From Thermoplasmatota archaeon (GTDB taxonomy: Archaea > Thermoplasmatota > E2 > UBA202 > JdFR-43), in assembly GCA_029259015.1 (NCBI GenBank), contig JAPDJQ010000030.1, positions 2,130 to 66,129 on the forward strand: DNA of 64,000 nt, in the 5' to 3' direction. Position 1 is the first letter of the stretch. Every line of letters starts with the position of its first letter. Position numbers and translations under genes: made by a program. The notes under the pieces were generated by a model. It saw nothing but the letters and a program-made list of their open reading frames with translations. It was not told the origin of the DNA and made no database searches. Shown piece after piece: positions 39,389 through 49,671 of this stretch.

Positions 39389-40654
39389 ATGGAATTCAGA
39401 ATTGAATACGTAAAAGCTAGGCAAGTTATAGATTCAAGAGGAAACCCCACTGTTGAGGCAGAGGTAGCAACAAAAAAGGCAAAAGGAGTTGCTATTGCGC
39501 CATCAGGGGCATCAAAGGGAAAGGAAGAAGCAGTGGAATTAAGAGATGGTGGCAAAGAATTTCATGGAAAAAGTGTTAGAAAAGCTGTTGAAAATATTGA
39601 AAAGATAATTGCTCCAGCTGTAAAAGGAATGGATGTCAGAGAGCAGGAAACAATAGATAAAAAGATTATTGCAATAGATGCCACCAGAAATAAAAGCTTG
39701 CTTGGAGCGAATGCATGCATAGCAGTTTCCATAGCAGTTTGCAAGTGCGCATCCTTTGCTTTAGAAATGCAGCCATATGAATATCTGAATGAAAAAGCTT
39801 GTTTGCTTCCAATTCCATTCATGAATGTCATAAATGGCGGAGTGCATGCGGGAAATGATTTGGCTATACAGGAACACATGATTGCGCCTGTGAAAGCGAA
39901 AAGCTTCAGCCAAGCATTGCAGATGGGGTGCGAAGTTTATCATACGCTAAAGAAAAAAATTGAAGAGAAATATGGAAAAGCTGCCATAAATGTTGGAGAT
40001 GAAGGTGGTTTTGCCCCTCCTTTAAGCAGAACAGAGGATGCTTTGGAAATAATCATGAAGGCAATAGAGGAGAATGGATATGAAAAAGAAGTTATGCTAG
40101 CTTTGGATTGTGCAGCCTCCTCATTTTACAGTGGAGAAAAATATTTTTTAAATAAAGAAATGGATGCAGGCGAATTGATGGATTATTATATGGGGCTGGC
40201 AGAGATGTATCCCATAATTTCTATAGAAGATGCTTTTCATGAGGAGGACTGGGATGCTTTTGCAGAGATAACTGAAAAAATTGGGAGCAAAGTGCAGATT
40301 GTTGGAGATGATTTATTTGTTACAAATGCCAAAAGACTGAGGAAAGGAATAAAAAGGAAGGCGTGCAATGCTTTATTGCTTAAACCAAATCAAATTGGCA
40401 CTTTAACAGAGACGGTAGAAGTGGCAGAGATATGCAAAAAGAATGGATATGGCATCATGGTATCTCATCGCTCTGGAGATACATGCGATGATTTTATAGC
40501 CGATTTAGTTGTAGCTCTGCAAACAGGACAGATAAAGGCAGGAGCTCCTGCGAGAGGAGAAAGAGTGGCAAAATACAACAGACTTTTAAGGATAGAAGAA
40601 AAATTAGAAAAGTCTGAATATGCCGGAAAGAAATGGAATAAATGGGGCATTTAG
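39389..40654 (+). CDS. eno: enolase
   Basis: DSRGNPTVE, PSGAS, NGGVHA, VGDEGGFAP, VGDDLFVTN, SHRSG, KYNRLLRIEE. Confidence 0.96.
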   Translation: MEFRIEYVKARQVIDSRGNPTVEAEVATKKAKGVAIAPSGASKGKEEAVELRDGGKEFHGKSVRKAVENIEKIIAPAVKGMDVREQETIDKKIIAIDATRNKSLLGANACIAVSIAVCKCASFALEMQPYEYLNEKACLLPIPFMNVINGGVHAGNDLAIQEHMIAPVKAKSFSQALQMGCEVYHTLKKKIEEKYGKAAINVGDEGGFAPPLSRTEDALEIIMKAIEENGYEKEVMLALDCAASSFYSGEKYFLNKEMDAGELMDYYMGLAEMYPIISIEDAFHEEDWDAFAEITEKIGSKVQIVGDDLFVTNAKRLRKGIKRKACNALLLKPNQIGTLTETVEVAEICKKNGYGIMVSHRSGDTCDDFIADLVVALQTGQIKAGAPARGERVAKYNRLLRIEEKLEKSEYAGKKWNKWGI

Positions 40655-40876
40655 TCATAAATATTTTAGCTGGATGTAATCGCTACACGTCTTTATTAAC
40701 GAAATTATGAAACCAACCAGCATTCCAAAATATTTTACATCAAATGCTCTTCCAAGAATTTCACAAAAAAGTGGTATGCTAACCCATAGTATAATTAAAT
40801 TTATCCAAAAGGGTTTTAATGCTAATTTATTTTCCCAGCTCCGCCTCCATACTCTCATCGCTAATTTAAACAACAA
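40655..40876 (-). CDS. small hypothetical membrane protein
   Basis: Two hydrophobic segments; abuts the CPBP gene; start uncertain. Confidence 0.4.
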   Translation of the reverse strand: MLFKLAMRVWRRSWENKLALKPFWINLIILWVSIPLFCEILGRAFDVKYFGMLVGFIISLIKTCSDYIQLKYL

Positions 40877-41524
40877 TTACTGGTATAAAAAAATTGCTAA
40901 GCTAAAGAAATTGTAAAAGAAATGGGCAGAGATAGGAGCTGCTATATTTTTGCTTTTATGCATTAAAATACCAAGGACAATACCAAAGAAGAAAGGCATA
41001 ACAATCTGTATATATGTTTTGTATTCAAGATGGGCTACTGCAAATAAAATGGAGGAGATGAGTAATGATGGCATAAAGCCAAATTTATTTTCCAGTCGCA
41101 TTTGAATAAAAGCCCTGAAAAAAGTTTCTTCACTTATTGAAGATATGAGAGGTATCAATATGAGAAATGCCAAATTTATATTCTTCCCTATCTCTTCTGC
41201 TAGAGGATTTTCCTCTTTGTATCCTATTACATAGAGTATTATGCTTGATGCTAGAATAAACAACACGGTGGCAATCAGGCCATATAAAATTGATATAGCC
41301 AATTTTTCTTTCCTGAAATAAAGATTTTCCCAAACGTTTCCATATATTAAATAAACAAAAATTACAACTGGAAAGAACATCACAATGAAATTAAGGATTA
41401 GAGAAAATAAGATTAAATTCATATTCAACTCATACTCTGCTGTTACAAAAAAACTCAGAGCTGCAGAGCCATAAATTATGATGAAAGCAAGAGCAAGCAA
41501 GGCATAGGCAACAAATTTTCTCAT
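40877..41524 (-). CDS. CPBP (CAAX/Abi) intramembrane metalloprotease
   Basis: SEETFFRA, FAVAH, SAHFFYN. Confidence 0.88.
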   Translation of the reverse strand: MRKFVAYALLALAFIIIYGSAALSFFVTAEYELNMNLILFSLILNFIVMFFPVVIFVYLIYGNVWENLYFRKEKLAISILYGLIATVLFILASSIILYVIGYKEENPLAEEIGKNINLAFLILIPLISSISEETFFRAFIQMRLENKFGFMPSLLISSILFAVAHLEYKTYIQIVMPFFFGIVLGILMHKSKNIAAPISAHFFYNFFSLAIFLYQ

Positions 41525-41564
41525 CAGCAGAAAAGTTTTTTACCCTTTTTTATTTTACGATGCA

Positions 41565-41639
<75 letters not shown>

Positions 41640-41740
41640 CTCTTTATTTTTTCTGATAAAGAAGGAGAAAGGTTGCAACAATAACCCGTTTCATTTTGAT
41701 TTTTTTTACCAAAAATATTTTATACTCTCTTTACATTCTT

Positions 41741-41767
41741 GTAACACAAAAAGTAAAAAGTTGCTAC
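41741..41767. promoter_or_regulatory. NikR-like operator upstream of the membrane-protein pair
   Basis: GTAACAC-N13-TTGCTAC between a TATA-like TTTTATA (about 41718) and SD GAGGTGA (41768). Confidence 0.5.
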
Positions 41768-41778
41768 GAGGTGAAAAA

Positions 41779-42126
41779 ATGGCGTGTTTTCTTGTTCCGG
41801 GAGCTGAGGCGGTTGTGACAACTGTTGTGCAAAAAGCAGTTGGGAAAGAAAAAGCTGAAAAACTGAAGCTGGGATGGCTCAATACAATGCTTTGGGGTGG
41901 TGTAATACTTCTGGCAATCGAACATATATGGCATGGTGAAGTTGTTCCATGGCCACCATTCTTAACTGCGATGAATAATCCAGCGGACATTCCTGTAATG
42001 CTTCATGAAATGGCATTGGTTGGCGGAACAATGTGCATAGCTATAACACTTGCTTGGATAGTATTGGTTGCAATTACTTCTATTTTGAAGGAAAAGACAA
42101 TTTCCAGAAAAGCAATCAAAGCTTAA
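41779..42126 (+). CDS. uncharacterised small membrane protein (MACFLVP family), His-containing
   Basis: SD GAGGTGA; LNTMLWGGVILLAIEHIWHGEVVPWPPFLTAM..MLHEM. Confidence 0.75.
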   Translation: MACFLVPGAEAVVTTVVQKAVGKEKAEKLKLGWLNTMLWGGVILLAIEHIWHGEVVPWPPFLTAMNNPADIPVMLHEMALVGGTMCIAITLAWIVLVAITSILKEKTISRKAIKA

Positions 42127-42137
42127 GGAGGATAAAT

Positions 42138-42434
42138 ATGTGGCTGGTGATGACAACTCTGGCAGCAGTTATTGCTACGGCTATATGGTATATAAGCGAT
42201 GAAGCCAGAGAAATCTATAATATAGGCTTTCTGAACCTTATCCTCTGGGGCACTGCTATAATGGTATTTGTGGATCATGTTATAGGATATCTCTCTGAAG
42301 GCGGTGAATTCATTGAAACAACCCCAGATGCAATACTTCTTTCAATAATTATGCTAATTGCAGCCATCCTGATATGGGAAATTGTTCTTTTAATCAAAGA
42401 CCCAAAAGGAGTGCTGAAGAGCATTAAAAAATAA
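42138..42434 (+). CDS. uncharacterised small membrane protein, distant paralog of the upstream gene
   Basis: SD AGGAGG; LNLILWGTAIMVFVDHVIGY aligns with LNTMLWGGVILLAIEHIWH. Confidence 0.75.
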   Translation: MWLVMTTLAAVIATAIWYISDEAREIYNIGFLNLILWGTAIMVFVDHVIGYLSEGGEFIETTPDAILLSIIMLIAAILIWEIVLLIKDPKGVLKSIKK

Positions 42435-42448
42435 TCGCCAGATATAAC

Positions 42449-43312
42449 TCATTCCTCTTCCTCTTCTTCTTTATCTTTTAATTCTTTCAAGATGTCAACC
42501 ATTTCTTTTTGTAGCATTACTTGTTCTTTCTGGTAAGGGGCTATGGTAGCTTCCTGCACAAGCTTTTCTATCAGCAATTTTACTTCATTAAGTGGATGGA
42601 CACCATGCAACTCATAATAGCTCCTTGTTCTTGGTGTTTGCACTTCTTTGCTGCCGCCGGCAAAGCCAAATAAGCCGACTTTTTTTGTTTTTGTTTCCGC
42701 TCCCATGGCAGCAAATGAGCCATCACTTCCTAAGCCGAAGCCAGAATAAGTGATGGGGATTATATTTCCGAATCTAAAAATTCTTCCCAATATTCCTTGA
42801 GAGTAGTCCAGATCTGCTATTTTGTCATATCTTAAACTTCTTTCTCTTTTTATGAAAATTCCTCCCCTCAACACAAGCCGGAAATTTGTTATGAAATATT
42901 TATGAGAGCGACGGTATATTTCAACAATGAACAGGCCAATTATGGCCATGCCAATAGTGTAAAGTGGTATCAGTAAATCAACATAATCCATTGCGTTTCC
43001 AAGCCAGAAAATTATCATGCCCAAAATAAAGACAGCTATATACATGAAGAAAATTCTCCATCTCACCATTAATAATGAAGCAATGATGCCAAAGATGATT
43101 AATCCAATGAGCCATATAGATGCTGCAGCTCCTATGCTGAAGGTATTGTTACTAGCCAATCCTTCCCAGTACTTGGAGCGAAAAAGCCATGCCAGAAAAA
43201 TTCCCCATATGAAAAGGAATAGCCACAGGCAATGTAGATGCATAAATGACAATGGATGGGGCTGCAACTCTTTTTCAATTCTTTCATTGTCCAACAGTTG
43301 AAATTTTCTCAT
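42449..43312 (-). CDS. membrane protein with bacterial PH (bPH_2) domain
   Basis: Four TM helices, then YFITNFRLVLRGG..LRYDKIADL..QGILGRIFRFGNI. Confidence 0.75.
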   Translation of the reverse strand: MRKFQLLDNERIEKELQPHPLSFMHLHCLWLFLFIWGIFLAWLFRSKYWEGLASNNTFSIGAAASIWLIGLIIFGIIASLLMVRWRIFFMYIAVFILGMIIFWLGNAMDYVDLLIPLYTIGMAIIGLFIVEIYRRSHKYFITNFRLVLRGGIFIKRERSLRYDKIADLDYSQGILGRIFRFGNIIPITYSGFGLGSDGSFAAMGAETKTKKVGLFGFAGGSKEVQTPRTRSYYELHGVHPLNEVKLLIEKLVQEATIAPYQKEQVMLQKEMVDILKELKDKEEEEEE

Positions 43313-43492
43313 TTAATAAATAAAAAAATATACTTTTTATAATTTCTGAAAAATTTGAAGTTGTCGAATGAATGGAATGTATTTGTGATGCCATTTTGCT
43401 ATTCCGATTCTATGTTGTTACCACTGGAAATGAGTCATTTTGATTTTTTGGACCAAGACCAATAAAAATAAAAATATAGCAGATATAATTCC

Positions 43493-43897
43493 ATGCTCAT
43501 TACAGATTCGAAACAGATAATGGAGATTGCCAGAAAAGCAAAAAATGTTGCTGTTGTTGGTATATCGAAGAATAAGGAAAGGGCAAGCTATCAGATTGCA
43601 GAGCAAATAAGGGATAAATATAATCTTTTCCTTGTAAATCCAAAGTATGCGGGAGAAGAGATTTTAGGCAAAAAAGTTTATTCTTCATTAAAAGAAATTG
43701 AAGAAAAGATAGATATTGTAGATGTTTTTAGAAACCCAAATTTTATTGAGGAAATAATAAAAGATGCAATAGATATAAAAGCAGGCGTTGTATGGCTCCA
43801 GCCTGGCTCGGAAAATATGGAAGTTATTGAAAAATATAAGGATAAAATAAACATAATCTACAATAGTTGCTTGGGTGTTATAAGTAAAATGATATAA
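43493..43897 (+). CDS. CoA-binding protein (YccU-like)
   Basis: VAVVGIS, VNP, IDIVDVFR, VWLQPG. Confidence 0.88.
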   Translation: MLITDSKQIMEIARKAKNVAVVGISKNKERASYQIAEQIRDKYNLFLVNPKYAGEEILGKKVYSSLKEIEEKIDIVDVFRNPNFIEEIIKDAIDIKAGVVWLQPGSENMEVIEKYKDKINIIYNSCLGVISKMI

Positions 43898-43991
43898 TCG
43901 ATTTGGGAAATATTAATGCAATGCTTATTTTCAATGCTATCTCGAGACATGACAGTAAAGTTTAAATGATGATGTCTTTATAATCTTCAAT

Positions 43992-44107
43992 AGCGGGGTG
44001 GGGTAGTCAGGAAAACCCGTCGGGCTCATAGAGCCCTTTGGAAAAGGACTTCACCCCAAAGGGCTAGGGAAACCCGAAGATCCGTGGTTCAAATCCACGC
44101 CCCGCTA
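43992..44107 (+). tRNA. initiator tRNA-Met(CAU) with 41-nt intron at 37/38 (44031-44071)
   Basis: A1-U72 acceptor AGCGGGG/CCCCGCT; GGG/CCC anticodon stem; CAT at 44027-44029; intron hairpin AGCCCTTTGG/CCAAAGGGCT. Confidence 0.9.
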
Positions 44108-44117
44108 CTATTTTCTA

Positions 44118-45209
44118 TTAAATTACAAAAACGTCCACAACATCTTTTGAGACATTTCCATATTCATTATATGCAAAAACTTCTATGGTATGGAGGCCAG
44201 GAGAAGATTCTAGATGCCATTGATAAGGCGATTCTTCATCATTATATTTTAACTCTCCATCCAGATAGAGTTCCACCCTAGTTGTATTCTCTGCTTTTAC
44301 TTTTACGATCAATGGTCCTATTATGCGCGGAGCTCCTTCCTGGATGAAAGGTATACGACGAAGCAAAGTGGGAAATTCCCTTCCAAAAATATATGTGTGA
44401 TATATTTCAGGTTGCTCTATCTCAATCTTAGGAACATCTGGCTCAAGATTCCCATAAACTCCCTCTATGTACATTACGCCTGTATCCTCTCCATACCACT
44501 CTGCAATTTTTAAGGCATCGTAATCAATACGGAGCCATCCATTCTCGCCCCATTCAGTTCCCCAGCTATTTTTTATAATCCAGCAATGTTGTTCGTCATC
44601 ATAGCCAACAATTGCCATTACATGCCCGCCAGCCAGCCTGCCCCATCTATGGCGGTATATGCCGCCTCGGTAATAATAAAAATCGCGCCAGAAATACATG
44701 CACACAATAAGTGGACCGTGTTCTATTAGTGTTCTTTTCATTGCCTCTGGGGTATGTTCAACCCATCCCCATTCTGTTATTTTTACAGTCCTGTTTTCCC
44801 ATCCAGGGAGGCTTTCAAAGGAAAAATCATAGGGGCGATGTGGGTCTGGAAAACATCCTTCATCTGGTACTCCATGTTCGATTAGATAATTTGCCGCATC
44901 TATTATATTTACATATCCAGCTTTAATGCTTCCTCCTGGGTAGAAAAAGAGATGAGCTTCCGACAAATCTGGATTGTATATTTTGCCGAGCTTATATTGC
45001 ATCTTTGTTTCCAGAGCAGCTACCAAAGCATAAGCCTCGCATGTTGGAGCAGGGGCTTGATTTTTTATCGGCGTTGTATAGTCGACGCCATTAACATCCC
45101 GCCATGAAAAATACGGTGGTAAATAAGAATGGCTATTTTCTGCTTCAATAAATGCTGGATAAATGGCAAGCAAAAGGAAAGCAATGCATATGGCAACAAC
45201 ACCTTTCAT
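44118..45209 (-). CDS. secreted C1A papain-family cysteine protease with C-terminal Ig-like domain
   Basis: FSWRD..TPIKNQ..TCEAYA, DLSE, GGHVMAIVGY, KNSWGTEWGENG. Confidence 0.88.
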   Translation of the reverse strand: MKGVVAICIAFLLLAIYPAFIEAENSHSYLPPYFSWRDVNGVDYTTPIKNQAPAPTCEAYALVAALETKMQYKLGKIYNPDLSEAHLFFYPGGSIKAGYVNIIDAANYLIEHGVPDEGCFPDPHRPYDFSFESLPGWENRTVKITEWGWVEHTPEAMKRTLIEHGPLIVCMYFWRDFYYYRGGIYRHRWGRLAGGHVMAIVGYDDEQHCWIIKNSWGTEWGENGWLRIDYDALKIAEWYGEDTGVMYIEGVYGNLEPDVPKIEIEQPEIYHTYIFGREFPTLLRRIPFIQEGAPRIIGPLIVKVKAENTTRVELYLDGELKYNDEESPYQWHLESSPGLHTIEVFAYNEYGNVSKDVVDVFVI

Positions 45210-45249
45210 TGCAAAGATATTAAAAGTTTGTTAAATACTTTGTTGATAC

Positions 45250-47943
45250 TCATATAAACCATGCACCGACTGTATCCCTTGCCTCTCTTCCTTTTGTATC
45301 ATGTGCCACCACTTCTATCACATGCCATCCTGTTATCATTTCTATTTTTGTTTCAAACTCATTGGCATAAACAATCTCTTTTAACTCGCCATCTATGTAG
45401 AATTCAAGTTTTGAAATAGCATTTATTCCATATGAGATAGCATGGATGCTTATATCACCAAAAACCATTGTGATACCAAATGGAAGAGGGAAAATCTTTC
45501 TGTCCATGATGTAAATACCTCCCCTCGGCTTATCTATATAGGCCGTTAAATTGACCATGTGCATCAGAGGATACCTATCAAAATTAAACCATCCCCTTAT
45601 CTTATAAGGTAAATCTCCTATTCCATCTCTGTTTATATCAAAGCCCCTATAATCACTCCAGTAATTTCCCTCCCTCCCATCATCCCATCTATTCCTGTAA
45701 AAATCATATGCTTTGTGCCAGTTTTCAATGAAAAGATTGTGGTGAATTTTGTTTTTTTCACCCCATGAAATTATGCTGTAATTATTATTTCGGAATATGT
45801 TCCACATAATTTCGTTGGATGTACACCATATAAGATCCATTGCGTATTCATTTTCTTCAAATACGTTACCTTTAAAGAGATTTGTATCTCCCCAGAGACT
45901 CTGTACCCCTTCGACATTTCCATATAATGTGTTATTTATTATCCAGTTCCAGTATCCATTTATAAGCAAACCCAATCCACTATTTCTTATAGTATTATTC
46001 AAAATTTTATTCCATCTTCCTTCGAAACCAATCGCAATGGCATTTTCACTTCTCTCTATATAGTTATTTGTAATGAGGCTTTTACTTGCATATGCTACCA
46101 CGATAGAATAGAGAGTACTATCGAAAGTATTGTTTATGACAGAGCAGTTGTTTCCATCCAGGAATGAGAAACCCCACTCATTTTTTAAGAAATGATTATT
46201 CAGCACTGAAAGGTTATGCGAATGAAATGTGTTTATACCATTTTCATTACAATAGATTAGGTTTTCATAGAATGTGCACGATGATGATTTACTAACTAAA
46301 ATTGCATGCAAATTGCCCGCTATTCTGTTATTTAAAATGCCACACCCCGAGCATCTATACATTATTATTCCAGCGCTACAGTTATTCAGAGTGGCATTTT
46401 TTATGCTAACATTTTTACACCCAATGAGAATTACTTGTCCAGCATCTTCTGAAGAAATAGATATATTTTCTTGCTCCACCAAGAAATAAAGCTTTCGACC
46501 ATTTACTGTATTGTTTGATATATCGTTGTATGCTGAAAAAGTGAATAAACCGCAGTTTAACATTTTATTATCAATTACTCTATTGTTTACCCCATATAGG
46601 GATATCCCTATCTCATTGTTAGATAAATAATTTCTTACTATGTCATTACCGTCGCCTTCAATATCTATTGCATATACATTGTTACTGCAATTATTCTCTT
46701 GGATTAAATTACCATATGATGCCTGCAAAAGAACTCCATAAAAATTGCCATAGCATATATTATTATATATTCTGCAATTCCAGCATTCTAAAAGAGAGAT
46801 ACCCACAGAACATTTCTCCAGCAGTAGATTGTGAACAGTAACATTTTTGCAGTTAACGAGTATTATCTGGCCTACATCGTATGGCACATCTATATCTTTC
46901 TCATTTACAAGATAACAAAGAGGCTTCCTATTAACTGTGTTGTTCATGATTATATGAGAATCGCAAAAATTCCCCGTGATAATTACCCCACATCCTTCCA
47001 GCACGTTATCTATTAGGTAGCAACTGTACGAATCAGAGACTTCGATGCCAACATATTCATTCTGATTGAAAAAGGATTTTTTTATGGTTGTATAGTTTGA
47101 AAGAGTAACACATACTCCACTTTTACACTTTTCGAATATATTCTCATCAACTGTAATGTTTTCACATCTTTCTATAAATATTGAGATTGAAGAAAAAAAG
47201 AAGAAATTGTGTGAAATAACAGAGTTGTTTGATTGCTCGATGAAAATTGCTATATCTGTATCATCAAATTTACATCCATGTATTTCAAAAGATGTTGCTG
47301 TTTTAAACCATATACCTTCTTCAATATCAGAAAATATGCAGTTTGATATGATGCATTCTTTTGTGCCAGCAGCGTATACACCAAGCCCGTATCTATTTTT
47401 CAGAGTGAAGTCCTGTATTTGCACTCCATCGGCCTCAATTCTGACAAGGAAATAGGTAGCTGATGCTGTGCCATCTATTATACATGTCGATACATTTTCC
47501 CCAATAAGTTTTATCGATTTATCTATGGTGATATTCTCATAATAAGTTCCGCTGTAGACGAATATTGTATATCCATCTTCTGCATCATCTATGGCATCTT
47601 GGATACGTGTATAATTGTCTGGCCCATTCCCCCCTACATAAAGGGTTTTCTGCTGTATGGTGATGCAAATCCTTTTTTTATTCTTGATAGAAATTTCACT
47701 TATCTTTTCCACAGATAACCTGTAATCCTGTGCTATGTAATTTTTTGGCAAAGCAGAAATTCTCCCGTTTTTTATAAACCCTCTTAAGTCTTCCTTACCA
47801 AAAAATGAAGCCAATTTAGAAAAATTTTCGTTTGTTTCATCCAATCTCTTTATTCCATAAATATTTTTATGTAGAATGAATGCTGGATAACTGGGTAACA
47901 GAATAAACATCACAAAAATTGCCAAAAATTTTCTGGCATTCAT
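45250..47943 (-). CDS. secreted NosD/CASH parallel beta-helix protein with C-terminal Ig-like domain
   Basis: YVGGNGPDNYTRIQDAID..GTYYEN; many Asn-ladder repeats; GNYWSDY..DGIGDLPY..DRYPL. Confidence 0.85.
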   Translation of the reverse strand: MNARKFLAIFVMFILLPSYPAFILHKNIYGIKRLDETNENFSKLASFFGKEDLRGFIKNGRISALPKNYIAQDYRLSVEKISEISIKNKKRICITIQQKTLYVGGNGPDNYTRIQDAIDDAEDGYTIFVYSGTYYENITIDKSIKLIGENVSTCIIDGTASATYFLVRIEADGVQIQDFTLKNRYGLGVYAAGTKECIISNCIFSDIEEGIWFKTATSFEIHGCKFDDTDIAIFIEQSNNSVISHNFFFFSSISIFIERCENITVDENIFEKCKSGVCVTLSNYTTIKKSFFNQNEYVGIEVSDSYSCYLIDNVLEGCGVIITGNFCDSHIIMNNTVNRKPLCYLVNEKDIDVPYDVGQIILVNCKNVTVHNLLLEKCSVGISLLECWNCRIYNNICYGNFYGVLLQASYGNLIQENNCSNNVYAIDIEGDGNDIVRNYLSNNEIGISLYGVNNRVIDNKMLNCGLFTFSAYNDISNNTVNGRKLYFLVEQENISISSEDAGQVILIGCKNVSIKNATLNNCSAGIIMYRCSGCGILNNRIAGNLHAILVSKSSSCTFYENLIYCNENGINTFHSHNLSVLNNHFLKNEWGFSFLDGNNCSVINNTFDSTLYSIVVAYASKSLITNNYIERSENAIAIGFEGRWNKILNNTIRNSGLGLLINGYWNWIINNTLYGNVEGVQSLWGDTNLFKGNVFEENEYAMDLIWCTSNEIMWNIFRNNNYSIISWGEKNKIHHNLFIENWHKAYDFYRNRWDDGREGNYWSDYRGFDINRDGIGDLPYKIRGWFNFDRYPLMHMVNLTAYIDKPRGGIYIMDRKIFPLPFGITMVFGDISIHAISYGINAISKLEFYIDGELKEIVYANEFETKIEMITGWHVIEVVAHDTKGREARDTVGAWFI

Positions 47944-48032
47944 ATTTAAAATTCAAGTAAGCGTTTTTAAAACTTATGATGCTCTTTATTTCTGCTGTGA
48001 CAAAACTTTTAAAACTGTCTGCTTTTTGTTGC

Positions 48033-49571
48033 ATGGAAAAGACATTGCTTGTACTACTGGCAACTTCTTTTATTGCTGTTCCAACAGGTAGCATACTGGC
48101 GCATGAAAAAAATTTTATGGAAAAAAATATTGGGAAAGTGGCACAGGATTTCGATCCTTTAGTTGATATTGCTGTTACAGTAGAAATAAAGGCTATACAC
48201 TCTTTGGAAATGCCATATCTGGGAAGAACATATGATGAGATAGATAAGCATAGCGACCCAGATTTCTATGTTAAAGTTTTTATAAATGGGGAAGAATTCA
48301 AAAGTCCTGTATGGAGAAATCAAAAATATGTTTATGAACCAAATTGGAGCGCAACTCTTGATGTTCCGGATGATGTTGAATTTGTTAATATAACCATACA
48401 GCTATGGGATGATGAGCCTGTTATAGATAAATTATGCGACATAGATAACAATATAGACGATTATCCCAAAAGCTATGATTTAGATTTGGTATATAGCATA
48501 AAAACTGGGCATTGGTTTGGGGACGATTATATACACAATGAGGATTTTTGGGGTTATCCGGATTTGAGCGGATATGGAAGAGCAAACGGATGTGATGACA
48601 ACAGCATATACCAGGATGATAGAGATTGCGAAATTTGGTTCGATATATACCAGAATGATTATGATGGCGATGGCATTCCATACTGGACAGAGGTAAATGT
48701 ATATGGCACGGATCCAATGAGAGATAATAGAGGAGAAGACTTTGATGGCGACGGCGTTCCAATAGAATGGGAATGGAAATGGGGACATTACTTCTTTAAA
48801 CACTGGTGGAATGATGAAGTTGAGGACATATGGTTTTATGATCCTTTTACATGGGAGGACCATGCCAACATGGACCCAGATGGTGATAGTTTGGATAATG
48901 TGGAAGAATTTCTCACATCACAGTGGGGCTCAGACCCATTCAGAAAAGACATATTTATAGAAGTCGATCAGATGGCTGAAGGGCCAAATGGCGAGCCAGC
49001 AAGTATGCTGCCAGAAGGAGCAAAGGAATTGCTACGAACTGTATACGATAAACACAACATAGTTTATCATCTTGATGACGGATGCATGGGAGGCGGGGAA
49101 ATAATACCTTTTGTGACTGAAATAAGCGGAAGAAAGCTGAGAGAGGATTATTACAATAAGTACTTCCTTCATTATGGCGAAAATGCGTGGCGACAGGGTA
49201 TATTCCATTACGCTCTAATTGTGTATGACGCTGGCTTCAATGGATATGCAATAAGGAGAGATGAATTTCAAATATCTTCAAAATATGTGGAGGAGAAATG
49301 CAGGCAGCTATTTTTTGTTGACAGAAGCATAGTATATGCAAGTGTTTTTATGCATGAGACAGGACATAGCTTGGATATCAGCAATCCAGGAGTGGATAAT
49401 CCAGATACAATGTATCCATGGAAATTTGATTACTGGAAATACCGCCCCTACAAAAGCTGTATGAACTATGGCTATACATATATTTTAGTTGATTATTCAG
49501 ATGGAAGCCATGGCAAAAATGATTTCGATGACTGGCATGATTTAGATTTAACTTTCTTTGAATATGAATAA
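48033..49571 (+). CDS. secreted Zn-metalloprotease-like protein with C2-like domain and DxDGDG Ca-binding repeats (paralog A)
   Basis: DPDFYVKV, DYDGDG, DFDGDG, DPDGD; HETGH; Met-turn SCMNY; start inferred at MEKTLL. Confidence 0.7.
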   Translation: MEKTLLVLLATSFIAVPTGSILAHEKNFMEKNIGKVAQDFDPLVDIAVTVEIKAIHSLEMPYLGRTYDEIDKHSDPDFYVKVFINGEEFKSPVWRNQKYVYEPNWSATLDVPDDVEFVNITIQLWDDEPVIDKLCDIDNNIDDYPKSYDLDLVYSIKTGHWFGDDYIHNEDFWGYPDLSGYGRANGCDDNSIYQDDRDCEIWFDIYQNDYDGDGIPYWTEVNVYGTDPMRDNRGEDFDGDGVPIEWEWKWGHYFFKHWWNDEVEDIWFYDPFTWEDHANMDPDGDSLDNVEEFLTSQWGSDPFRKDIFIEVDQMAEGPNGEPASMLPEGAKELLRTVYDKHNIVYHLDDGCMGGGEIIPFVTEISGRKLREDYYNKYFLHYGENAWRQGIFHYALIVYDAGFNGYAIRRDEFQISSKYVEEKCRQLFFVDRSIVYASVFMHETGHSLDISNPGVDNPDTMYPWKFDYWKYRPYKSCMNYGYTYILVDYSDGSHGKNDFDDWHDLDLTFFEYE

Positions 49572-49671
49572 GAATTACAGTGACCAGCATTAAAACAGTC
49601 AGCAATAGGGAAAAAGTTATCATTAATTAACTTATGTGAAATAAATAAAAACTAGTTCTTTATATCATATT

